The notes under the pieces are model-generated. The model worked only from the letters and a program-made list of their open reading frames with translations. It ran no database searches and was not told the origin of the DNA. A stretch of 64,000 bases of DNA, from NCBI GenBank assembly GCA_947475465.1, contig CANJLK010000007.1:41559-105558 (forward strand). The letters are read 5' to 3'. This document shows, piece after piece, positions 45,692-54,281 of this stretch; the first letter of the stretch is position 1, and every line of letters begins with the position of its first letter. The translations under genes and the position numbers were made by a program. This stretch comes from Caulobacteraceae bacterium (GTDB taxonomy: Bacteria; Pseudomonadota; Alphaproteobacteria; Caulobacterales; Caulobacteraceae).

Positions 45692-46616
45692 CGAGGCCGC
45701 CGACTGGGCCGTGCGTCTCGAAGGCCGCGACGCGGAACTCCATGAAGATCCGGCTTTGGCGGCCTGGCTGGCCGAAGATCGGCGGCGGTCCGGCGCTCTG
45801 CTGCGGGCCCAGGCGGCGCTGAGCCTCCTCGATCGTGGCCGAGCGTTGGCCGGGACGGAGCGCCCGGTGGCCGAGCCCGTGGGCCTGCGCCGGCCGAGCC
45901 GCCGGGGATTGCTGATCGGCGCGGGTGGCGGGGCGGTCGCTGCGGGTCTTGCGGCGACGGCTGTCATCGCCGGACGCACCCAGCGCTACGACACCGGCCT
46001 GGGCGAAATTCGCCAGATCCCCCTGAACGACGGGTCGATGATCGCCATCAACACCGGCTCCACGCTCGAAGTCACCATGCGTCCCACCTTGCGGGGCGTG
46101 ACCCTGAAGGCCGGCGAGGCGTGGTTCGAGGTGGCCAAGGACGCCGACAGGCCGTTTGTCGTCCAGGCGGGCCCGGTCCGCGTCCGCGCCGTGGGCACGG
46201 CGTTCTCGGTGCGCCGGCAGGGAAGTGACTACGACGTGCTGGTCACCGAAGGTCTGGTCGAGGCCTGGGTCGAGGGCATGTCCGACCGGCCGGCGCGGCT
46301 GCCCGCCGGGTATAAGAGCGTGCTTGGCCTTGGCCGGGCGCCCACCGCGGTAGAGGCGCCGCAGGAGGTCGAGCGGAGCCTTTCATGGCGCACGGGCATG
46401 ATCGCCCTGGACGGCCAGACGCTGGCTGAGGCGGCCGCGGAATTCAACCGCTACAACGAGCGCCACGTCGTCATCACTGACCCGGACCTGGCGCGCCGCC
46501 GGTTCGTAGGCCTGTTCCGCACCAACGACCCAGCCGGCTTCGCCGCCGCCGTCGCCGCGACCATCGGCGCGCGGGTAACCTCCGACAGCCGGATCATCAG
46601 CCTCGGCCGCGCCTAG
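45657..46616 (+). CDS. FecR family anti-sigma/transducer
   Basis: EAADWAVRL, single TM, YDTGLGEIRQIPLNDGS, VRAVGTAFSVR, EFNRYN. Confidence 0.92.
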   Translation: MTEPRSAREIDDEAADWAVRLEGRDAELHEDPALAAWLAEDRRRSGALLRAQAALSLLDRGRALAGTERPVAEPVGLRRPSRRGLLIGAGGGAVAAGLAATAVIAGRTQRYDTGLGEIRQIPLNDGSMIAINTGSTLEVTMRPTLRGVTLKAGEAWFEVAKDADRPFVVQAGPVRVRAVGTAFSVRRQGSDYDVLVTEGLVEAWVEGMSDRPARLPAGYKSVLGLGRAPTAVEAPQEVERSLSWRTGMIALDGQTLAEAAAEFNRYNERHVVITDPDLARRRFVGLFRTNDPAGFAAAVAATIGARVTSDSRIISLGRA

Positions 46617-46789
46617 CCCCAAGGCGGGCGCTTTAAATTCTGTCAGTCCGGCAAGCCGCCTGTGGAAAAATCAGGCGGAATTGCTGCGGTGCGGCAAATA
46701 TCGTCCGCCGACCCCCGGAAATGGCAGAGCCATTCCTCCTCACTCCTGAAGGCGGGGCGCGCGGCTCCGCCTGTCGAAGGGGATATTCG

Positions 46790-49700
46790 ATGGGGGTTTC
46801 GCGAAAAATGTCGGTGCGTGGTGGGCTGTTGTGCGCTGTGGCCATGGGGGCGCTGCTGGCGGCCGGGCCGGTCCTGGCCCAGGCGCGCGCGTTCAGGATT
46901 CCTGCCCAGCCCGTCGCTGGCGGCGTCACGGAGTTCGCCCGCCAGGCCGGGGTCCAGATCCTGGTCTCGGCCGAGGCGGCCCAGGGGCGGCGCACCGCGC
47001 CGGTGTCCGGGTCCATGTCGGTGGGCGATGCGCTGTCCAGCCTCCTTGCAGGCACGGGCCTGGTGGTGGTGTCCAATGACGGCCACACCATCGTCCTGGG
47101 CCCCGCCCCGGAACCCGCGCGCCTGTTGCGCGCCCGCTGGACGGCCCAGCCCGTGGCGGCCTACGCGGCGGCCGACCTCGCCGTCGCCGCGGCCGAGGCG
47201 GCCCCGGCTTCGGTGGAGGAGGTCGTGGTCACCGGCACCCACCTCGTGGGCGGCCTGCAGGCGCCGACCCCCGTCACCGAGGTCGGCGCGGCCCAGATTC
47301 AGCAGAAGGCAGCGGGCACGGTCTCGGAATTCCTCAAAGACATTCCGCAGTTCGCCAGTTCAACCGGCCCGGCCAACGCCTCCACGGGGGCTCAGAGCGC
47401 GTCGAAGGCGACCATCGGCCTTTACAACCTGGGCGCCACCCGCACCCTGGTGCTGATCAACGGCAACCGACACGTGGCCGATGGCACCGGCAATGTCTTC
47501 GACACCAACCTGATCCCCACCAGCCTGATCGAGCGGGTGGACATCGTCACCGGCGGCGCCTCGGCGGCCTATGGCTCCGACGCCGTGGCCGGCGTGGTCA
47601 ACTTCGTCCTTCGCAATCACATGGAAGGGTTCACCGCCGACTTCCACGAAGGCTTCTCCGAATACGGCGACAACTTCGAGATGAACCCGTCCTTCGCCTG
47701 GGGCCACGCCTTCATGGACGGGCGCCTGCACGTGATCGTGGGCGGCGACTACACCGACAACAAGGGCACGAGGAATTTCTACACCAGGCCGTGGGGCAAG
47801 CTTGAGCCCGGGATCGTCACGATCGCCGCCAGTTCGATCTCCACGGCCCAGCGGATCGCCCAGAACCTGCCGGCCAACATCTTCTCCAACCACGTCCGGA
47901 CGTCGGCCTACAACGCCTCGGGCCTGATCAGCGGCGGACCCTTGAAGGGCATCGCCTTCGACGATGGCGGCGTCACCCGTCAGTTCAACTACGGCACGCT
48001 CAACGGCGGCACCGTCACCATCGGCGGCGGCGACTACGGCAGCGTCTTGAACCCGGACGAGTACATCAAGGCCGACTACGACCGCGCCGCCGCCCTGGGG
48101 CGGGTGGAATTCGAGTTCACCCCGACCACCACCGGCTATGTTTCGCTGGGCTGGGGCGCCTTGCACACGCGTGGCTATTCCTTCGGCGCGCGGGTGCCCA
48201 ACTTCAACGCCTACCCGGTGCTGGCCACCAACCCCTTCCTGCCAGCCTCCGTGGTCGCCGCCATGAAGGCCGCCAACGTCACCTCGATCCCCTATTCGGC
48301 GACCCGCGACTTCGACCTGGGGTCGATCCACGCCTTCAACCGCACGGAAACCGTCCAGGCCAACGCCGGCGTGAAGGGCGAGTTCGAGGCCTTCGGCAAG
48401 GACTGGAAGTGGAACCTCAACGGCGGGGCGGGCAAGTCGACCTTCGCGCCTAACATCCACAACACTCCGGTGACCGCCAACTTCTACGAGTCGGCCTATG
48501 TGGTGGCCGACGCCAATGGCAATCCGGTGTGCGGACCGGTCGCCACCAATCCGTACTTCAACGCCCAGCCGGCGATTGTGAAGGCGGCCCTGATCGCCCA
48601 GGTGCAGCCCGGCTGTAAGCCCTACAACATCTTCGGCAACAACGTGGCCTACAACCAGGCGGCGATAAACTACTTCAACAACGCCTCGCAGGCCGACTTC
48701 GAGTTCCGGCAGTACACAGCCACGGCCGACCTGGCGGGCTCGCCCTTCTCGCTGCCAGCGGGGCCGGTTTCGGCCGCCGTAGGCCTCAACTGGCGGCGCG
48801 AGACCCTGAGCTCGGTGAACTGCCCCGAGTGCCAGCTGGGCGCCCTGATGAACCAGAACTACTCGCTGTTCTCCGGCGAGGTGGAGGTCAAGGAGGCCTA
48901 TGCCGAGGTGGGCGCGCCGATCTTCCGCGACCTGCCCCTGATCCGCAGCTTCGACGTCAACGGCGCGGTGCGTCAGACCGACTACTCGACCTCGGGCAAG
49001 GTCACCACCTGGAAGGTGGGCGCCACCTGGGACATCGACAGCATGTTCCGCCTGCGCATCACCCGCAGCCACGACATCCGCGCACCCAACATCAACGAGC
49101 TCTTCAACCCGGGCTCCGAAGGCAACCCGCAGGTCACCAACCCGCTCAACAACGCCCAGGGTTTCACCAAGTCCAACACCGTGGGCAACCCCAGCCTGCT
49201 GCCCGAGATTGGCGACACCATCACCGGCGGCATCGTCTTCCAGCCCAAGTGGGACTGGCTGTCGGGCTTCTCGGCCTCGATCGACTACTGGAGCATCCAC
49301 CTCAAGAACGCGATCGCAACCCTGCCCATCCAGAACGTGATCAACGGCTGCTTCGCCGGCGACCAGTCGCTTTGCCAATACGTGGTCAAGGACACCACGC
49401 CCCTGGGCATCGCGCGGGTGAATTCGCCGAACCTCAACCTCAACGCCCAGAAGACCGACGGCTTCGACTTGGAGGCCAACTACGCGGTCCCGCTGGAGCG
49501 CCTGAACCTGCCGGGATCGCTCACCATCCGGGCGCTGGGCCTCTACACCCGCAACGCCAAGTCGATCTCCAACGGCATCACCATCAACGCCGTCGATACG
49601 GCGGCGACGCCGCGTTTCTTCACCAGCGCCTTCATCACCTACGCCCTGGGCCGCAGCAAACTGAACCTGACCGCCCGCTACACCTCGACGATCCGTTACT

Positions 49701-49954
49701 CGACCACCCTGATTGGGCCGGACGATCCGAGCTATTCGGTTGGCCTCGCCAACAGCGTGAACAAGAACCTCTGGAAGGTGCCGGTCTACTGGAACGGGGC
49801 CTACGCCTGGGACGTCAATCCGAACCAGCAGCTCTACGTCAACATCGACAACATCTTCGACAAGAAGCCGCCGATCGTCGCCTGGGTGCTCAGTGGCGGG
49901 CCCTACGACCTGGTGGGCCGCAATTTCAAACTGGGCTTCCGCCTGCGCTACTGA
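46790..49954 (+). CDS. TonB-dependent transducer/receptor with N-terminal STN domain
   Basis: STN (FRIPAQP...FARQAGVQI), EEVVVTG TonB box, plug (RTLVLINGNR, GASAAYGSDAVAGVVNF), C-terminal FRLRY. Confidence 0.95.
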   Translation: MGVSRKMSVRGGLLCAVAMGALLAAGPVLAQARAFRIPAQPVAGGVTEFARQAGVQILVSAEAAQGRRTAPVSGSMSVGDALSSLLAGTGLVVVSNDGHTIVLGPAPEPARLLRARWTAQPVAAYAAADLAVAAAEAAPASVEEVVVTGTHLVGGLQAPTPVTEVGAAQIQQKAAGTVSEFLKDIPQFASSTGPANASTGAQSASKATIGLYNLGATRTLVLINGNRHVADGTGNVFDTNLIPTSLIERVDIVTGGASAAYGSDAVAGVVNFVLRNHMEGFTADFHEGFSEYGDNFEMNPSFAWGHAFMDGRLHVIVGGDYTDNKGTRNFYTRPWGKLEPGIVTIAASSISTAQRIAQNLPANIFSNHVRTSAYNASGLISGGPLKGIAFDDGGVTRQFNYGTLNGGTVTIGGGDYGSVLNPDEYIKADYDRAAALGRVEFEFTPTTTGYVSLGWGALHTRGYSFGARVPNFNAYPVLATNPFLPASVVAAMKAANVTSIPYSATRDFDLGSIHAFNRTETVQANAGVKGEFEAFGKDWKWNLNGGAGKSTFAPNIHNTPVTANFYESAYVVADANGNPVCGPVATNPYFNAQPAIVKAALIAQVQPGCKPYNIFGNNVAYNQAAINYFNNASQADFEFRQYTATADLAGSPFSLPAGPVSAAVGLNWRRETLSSVNCPECQLGALMNQNYSLFSGEVEVKEAYAEVGAPIFRDLPLIRSFDVNGAVRQTDYSTSGKVTTWKVGATWDIDSMFRLRITRSHDIRAPNINELFNPGSEGNPQVTNPLNNAQGFTKSNTVGNPSLLPEIGDTITGGIVFQPKWDWLSGFSASIDYWSIHLKNAIATLPIQNVINGCFAGDQSLCQYVVKDTTPLGIARVNSPNLNLNAQKTDGFDLEANYAVPLERLNLPGSLTIRALGLYTRNAKSISNGITINAVDTAATPRFFTSAFITYALGRSKLNLTARYTSTIRYSTTLIGPDDPSYSVGLANSVNKNLWKVPVYWNGAYAWDVNPNQQLYVNIDNIFDKKPPIVAWVLSGGPYDLVGRNFKLGFRLRY

Positions 49955-49992
49955 CCCCCGCTGCGACCGACATCGAGAGAGGAAACGCCAAA

Positions 49993-51087
49993 ATGCTCAA
50001 AAAATTTAAGATGATGGCTGCGGTGTCGGTGCTGGCGCTGGGCCCGTTCGCGACGCCCGCCGCGGTCGTCGCCAAGGGTGCGAAGGCCCCGCCGACCTAC
50101 TTCGCGCCCTCGACGCCGCAGACCGTGGTCAGGGGCTCCATCGCCAACGACGTGAAGCCCATCCTGCATGTGCCGTCGGGCGCGGTGGTCAAGATCAACA
50201 CCATCTCCCACGGCGGCCTGGGCAAGGATCCGGTGGCCTATTTCACAGCCGCCGGCATCCCCGCCAAGGACGTCCTGCCTGACGCCGTGGCCATCGCCAA
50301 GGCCAGCGAGGAGAACAACTGGTCCGGCCATGTGCTCACCGGCCCGATCTATGTGGACGGCGCAGAGCCGGGCGACATGCTGGAAGTGCGGATCATCAAG
50401 GTCACGCCGCGCACCTACTACGGCACCAACGGCGTAGGCCCCGGCGGTCTGGCGGCCGGCGTGCTCACCAAGTCCGACAGCCGGGTGATCCGCTTCGACG
50501 TGAAGCGGAAGGTCATGCTGCTGACCAAGGATGTGGAGCCGCGCCTGGGACCCTTCATGGGGATCATGGCCGTCGCCCCCGACCCGGCGACCACGGGCGG
50601 CAAGGTGGGCTCGCGCGCGCCTGGCCCGTTCGGCGGCAATCTGGATTTCCGCCGCCTGACCGCCGGCTCCACCCTCTACCTGCCGGTCTTCAACAAGGGC
50701 GCCCTGTTCTACACCGGCGACAGCCACGCCGGGCAGGGCGACGGCGAGATCAGCGGCAACGCCAACGAGAGCTCCATGGCGCCGACCCTGCAGTTCATCG
50801 TCCACAAGGGCGCGGGTAAGGCGATGCGCTTCCCCTGGGCCGAGGACGCCGCCAACTACTACGTGCTGGGCATGGACCCCGACCTCGGCAAGGCGGCCTC
50901 GAGCGCCGCGGTTGAGACCATCAACTGGCTGCATGACAAGAAGGGCCTCAGCCTGGAGGACGCCTATCATCTGTCCAGCATCGGCGTGGACTTCGCGATC
51001 TCCGAGGCCGTCGACCAGAACCTGGTGATCTACGCCACGATCCCCAAAGCCTACTTCACCAAGAAGACGCCCTACTGGGCCCGCTAG
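49993..51087 (+). CDS. Secreted acetamidase/formamidase (FmdA_AmdA) family protein 1
   Basis: Signal peptide; GHVLTGPIYVDGAEPGDMLEV, FGGNLD, GDSHAGQGDGEISG. Confidence 0.9.
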   Translation: MLKKFKMMAAVSVLALGPFATPAAVVAKGAKAPPTYFAPSTPQTVVRGSIANDVKPILHVPSGAVVKINTISHGGLGKDPVAYFTAAGIPAKDVLPDAVAIAKASEENNWSGHVLTGPIYVDGAEPGDMLEVRIIKVTPRTYYGTNGVGPGGLAAGVLTKSDSRVIRFDVKRKVMLLTKDVEPRLGPFMGIMAVAPDPATTGGKVGSRAPGPFGGNLDFRRLTAGSTLYLPVFNKGALFYTGDSHAGQGDGEISGNANESSMAPTLQFIVHKGAGKAMRFPWAEDAANYYVLGMDPDLGKAASSAAVETINWLHDKKGLSLEDAYHLSSIGVDFAISEAVDQNLVIYATIPKAYFTKKTPYWAR

Positions 51088-51134
51088 CCTTCGGCCCAGC
51101 CTCGCCAAGCCACCCCCTTTTTCCGGAGAGTCCG

Positions 51135-52232
51135 ATGCGCGCGAAGTCCACGATAGTCTCGATCGCCACGGGCCTGGCGCTGGCGGCGTCCGCCCAGGCC
51201 CAGGGCGTCTATCCGCCGGCGAAGTACACCCCCGACGCCGTCGCGCCCTCGACGCCCAAGACGGTGATCCGGGGCTCGATCTCCTACGCCAATCCGCCGA
51301 TCCTGCATGTGAAGGACGGCGCGACGGTGCTGGTGGAAACCCTGTCCCACGGCGGCCTGACCAACGATCCGGTCAAGTTCTTCGGCGAGGCGGGCATCCC
51401 GGCCAAGGACGTGCTGCCGGACGTGGTCGCCATGTCGAAGGCGGGATTGTCCTCGGGCGCCGGCTTCGGCGGTCACTACCTGACCGGTCCCATCTACATT
51501 GAGGGCGCGGAACCGGGCGACATGCTCGAGGTGCGCATCCTGAAGGTGACGCCGCGCACCTATTACGGCGTCAACAACGTCGGGCCGGGCGGGGTGGCGG
51601 CCGATGTGCTCAAGGAGCGGACCGCCAAGGTCATCAGGTTCGACGTCAAGCGTGGCGTCCAGCTGCTGGCGCCGGGCGTGGAGCCAGTGATGCGGCCGTT
51701 CATGGGGATCATGGCCGTGGCCCCGCCGCCGGACGTCGGCAAGGTCAGCTCCGGGCCCCCGGGCGCCTTTGGCGGCAACATGGATTTCCGCCGCCTGACC
51801 GCCGGCTCGACCCTCTATCTGCCGGTGTTCAACAAGGGCGCGCTGTTCGTCACCGGCGACAGCCACGCCGGCCAGGGCGACGGCGAGATCAGCGGCAACG
51901 CCAACGAGAGCTCCATGGCCCCGCTGCTGCAGTTCATCGTCCACAAGGGCGAGGGGAAGGCGATGCAGTATCCCTGGGCTGAGGACGCCTCCAACTACTA
52001 TGTCCTGGGCATGGACGAGGACCTGGGCAAGGCGGCCAGCGTCGCGGCGGTCCAGACCCTCCACTGGCTGCACGACCATAAGGGCCTGAGCCTGGAAGAC
52101 GCCTATCACCTGTCCAGCATCGGGGTGGACTTCGCCATCTCCGAGGCCGTCGACAAGAACCTGACGATCTACGCGACCATCCCGAAGGCCTATTTCAAGA
52201 CCAAGACGCCCTATTGGACCAAGGCGAAGTAG
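51135..52232 (+). CDS. Secreted acetamidase/formamidase family protein 2 (tandem paralogue)
   Basis: Signal peptide (ALAASAQA); same motifs; long stretches identical to the upstream paralogue. Confidence 0.9.
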   Translation: MRAKSTIVSIATGLALAASAQAQGVYPPAKYTPDAVAPSTPKTVIRGSISYANPPILHVKDGATVLVETLSHGGLTNDPVKFFGEAGIPAKDVLPDVVAMSKAGLSSGAGFGGHYLTGPIYIEGAEPGDMLEVRILKVTPRTYYGVNNVGPGGVAADVLKERTAKVIRFDVKRGVQLLAPGVEPVMRPFMGIMAVAPPPDVGKVSSGPPGAFGGNMDFRRLTAGSTLYLPVFNKGALFVTGDSHAGQGDGEISGNANESSMAPLLQFIVHKGEGKAMQYPWAEDASNYYVLGMDEDLGKAASVAAVQTLHWLHDHKGLSLEDAYHLSSIGVDFAISEAVDKNLTIYATIPKAYFKTKTPYWTKAK

Positions 52233-52336
52233 CGGGCGGGGTTCGCGCCGCCATGCTAGGGTGAGCTTGCCGCGGACGCCGTGGGGCTCTGCAAGCCCCG
52301 GCCGTCGGCGCGGCGCGAAAGGCCCTGGGCCCTCCA

Positions 52337-52528
52337 ATGGATATCTTCTCCTGGCTGCGCAGCGCCATGGTCAGCGACGCCGACGTGCGGGCCGAGGTCT
52401 GGAAGCTGGGCGCCCGCCATCGGGGCGAGCCCCTGGTCGGCGCGCTGGCCGAACTCAAGGCGCCCGACCTCTCCAGCGAACGCGCCCAGCTGCTGCGGGC
52501 CTGCGTGCGCAAGCTGCGGGCGGCCTAA
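52337..52528 (+). CDS. Small hypothetical protein
   Basis: 63-aa ORF with genome-like codon usage (EVWKLGARHRGEPL). Confidence 0.6.
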   Translation: MDIFSWLRSAMVSDADVRAEVWKLGARHRGEPLVGALAELKAPDLSSERAQLLRACVRKLRAA

Positions 52529-52539
52529 TCGCATTCGAC

Positions 52540-52576
52540 AAAAGCAAACAGGCCCCCGGCGTGAGCCGGGGACCTG
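52540..52576 (-). terminator. Rho-independent terminator
   Basis: Hairpin caggcccccggc-gtga-gccggggacctg followed on the minus strand by TTTGCTTTT; lies between convergent genes. Confidence 0.7.
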
Positions 52577-52617
52577 CCGCTACGCGGGCCAATACTCGGC
52601 CCCGATAGAGAGGTGGA

Positions 52618-53484
52618 TCAGTCGCGGCGGTCGGCGCGGACCTGACGGCTCAGGACGTCGAGCTTGGCCTGGATATAGGCCTCGTCACGGTCGTTCAGGC
52701 GGCCGTTGTAGTGACGCATCTGGGCTTCCTGGCGGCGGATCGAATCCAGGGTGCGGGTGGCGTTGCGGGCTTCATAGCGGCTGAGCGAGCCGTCCATCCG
52801 CGCCTGGTGGATGCGGTCTTCCAGATAGGCTTCGCGGGTCACGGTGTCCCGGCGGCCGGCGACGTAGTTGGCCGGGGCGCCATAGACCGGGGCGGACGGG
52901 GCGATCACGACCCAGCGGCCGTCGTTGTCCCAGCGGCCGCTAGGCGGCGAGCCTTCGATCCAGGCGCCGTTGCGGTCGTAGTAGCCACGGGCCTCGGCGC
53001 GGGCCACGGCGTTGGAGTGCCAGTCGCCGTTGCGGTCGTAATAGCCATAGGCGTCGCGGCGGGCGTAGTCGGGGGCGGAGGAGGCCACGACCCAGCGTCC
53101 GTCATTGTCCCAACGGCCGCTGGGGGGCGCGCCGTCGATCCAGTTGCCATTGCGGTCGTAGTAGCCGCGGGCCTCGGTGCGGGCCACGGCGTTGGAATGC
53201 CAGGAGCCGTTATTGTCATAATAGCCATAGGCGTGGACGCATTCGCTGGACCCGCGCGCGGCCTGGTTGCCGATGATCGCGCCGCCGACACCGCCGACGA
53301 TGGCGCCGTCGCCCTTGTGGCCGCTGCCGGCCACGGCGCTGCCCAGAAGCGCGCCGACGCCCGCGCCGACGATAGTGCCGGCCGTGCGGTTGGCGCTGCG
53401 CTGTTCGCAGGTTTCCTGCGCCAGGGCGAGGGTGGGGATGAGGAGGGCGGCGGCGACGCCCGCCACCAGAATGTTCTTACGCAT
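52618..53484 (-). CDS. Glycine-zipper 2TM protein with an internal 60-aa tandem duplication
   Basis: Signal peptide, GTIVGAGVGALLGSAV...GGVGGAIIGN; AYGYYD..G.WHSNAVAR.EARGYYDRNG.WI.G.PPSGRWDNDGRWVV occurs twice; GGAG RBS. Confidence 0.85.
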   Translation of the reverse strand: MRKNILVAGVAAALLIPTLALAQETCEQRSANRTAGTIVGAGVGALLGSAVAGSGHKGDGAIVGGVGGAIIGNQAARGSSECVHAYGYYDNNGSWHSNAVARTEARGYYDRNGNWIDGAPPSGRWDNDGRWVVASSAPDYARRDAYGYYDRNGDWHSNAVARAEARGYYDRNGAWIEGSPPSGRWDNDGRWVVIAPSAPVYGAPANYVAGRRDTVTREAYLEDRIHQARMDGSLSRYEARNATRTLDSIRRQEAQMRHYNGRLNDRDEAYIQAKLDVLSRQVRADRRD

Positions 53485-53531
53485 GTCGAGAAGCTCCTTG
53501 GAGGGATGGATGTCCGTCCTGTGGAGCTCCA

Positions 53532-53556
53532 AACGCCCGGCCATTGCGGCGGTTCC
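53532..53556 (-). promoter_or_regulatory. EcfG/sigmaT general-stress promoter
   Basis: Minus strand GGAAC-cgccgcaatggccggg-CGTT is a perfect GGAAC-N16-CGTT about 50 bp upstream of the glycine-zipper gene. Confidence 0.82.
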
Positions 53557-53593
53557 GGATTACGGCGGTGGCGAGCGGCGGCCGGCGCTGGAA

Positions 53594-53974
53594 TCAGGCC
53601 GGGCTGGATCCGTTTTCCGTAGGCCACACAGCCCGGATGGCGGCGATCAGGTCGGCGCCGACAAAAGGCAGCTCAAGGATGGCTAGGCGCCGCGATCGTT
53701 CGAATATGCTCCGCAGCGCATGGGCTTCGCCGGTCATGATCACGAAGAGACCATCCCAAGGCCGTGCCCGCACCGCCTCGACGAAGGCCGCCGGATTCGG
53801 CTTCAGCACCTGCTCGTCGATGATCAGGGTCATGGCGATATCGAGGGGCAGTGTTTCGGGATCCGTCGCCGCGTCATGCAGGGTCACCTTCAAGCCGGCA
53901 GCCTGAAGCGCAGACTCCAGCGATGCTCCCAGCACCGCATTTTTCACGACGACGATGGCGCTTTCGGTAGGCAT
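53594..53974 (-). CDS. Single-domain (pseudo)receiver protein, FixT-like
   Basis: Receiver-like pattern (SLESALQAAGLKV, LIIDEQV, VIMTG, ILELPF); divergent from the FixLJ-like pair. Confidence 0.65.
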   Translation of the reverse strand: MPTESAIVVVKNAVLGASLESALQAAGLKVTLHDAATDPETLPLDIAMTLIIDEQVLKPNPAAFVEAVRARPWDGLFVIMTGEAHALRSIFERSRRLAILELPFVGADLIAAIRAVWPTENGSSPA

Positions 53975-54176
53975 GAACTGGGCGGACAAGCCGCGTACTC
54001 TGGCCCGCCCGCAGCATGCGGAAGGGGCTCGCGCAAAGGTTAGAAGCCCAGATTGCCTGGACCGACCTAGGGGTTCTACTTAGACGATCGCCGCGCGGGC
54101 GCCGAGGGAAGCCCTGGGTTGAACAAATAAGAATCCCATAATCTTGGCTCAATTCGGCCAGCGTCTCGGAACTAAT

Positions 54177-54190
54177 TTGTCTAAGATCAA
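54177..54190. promoter_or_regulatory. FixK/FNR-type box
   Basis: TTGTC-taag-ATCAA against consensus TTGAT-N4-ATCAA, in an AT-rich divergent promoter region. Confidence 0.6.
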
Positions 54191-54281
54191 AACACTCAGG
54201 CGATGAGGATGGCATGAAGCCACGGAATGTGGCTTCACTGTAGTTTAAGCCGCGTTAGTGTTCGGTAGGGGGGGAGGCCTG

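Noticed and set aside
48829-49992. 752-aa ORF as a long N-terminal extension of the first amidase
   Set aside because: The upstream part is an alternative frame of the TonB receptor; the real start is 49993 with an RBS (GAGAGG) and signal peptide.
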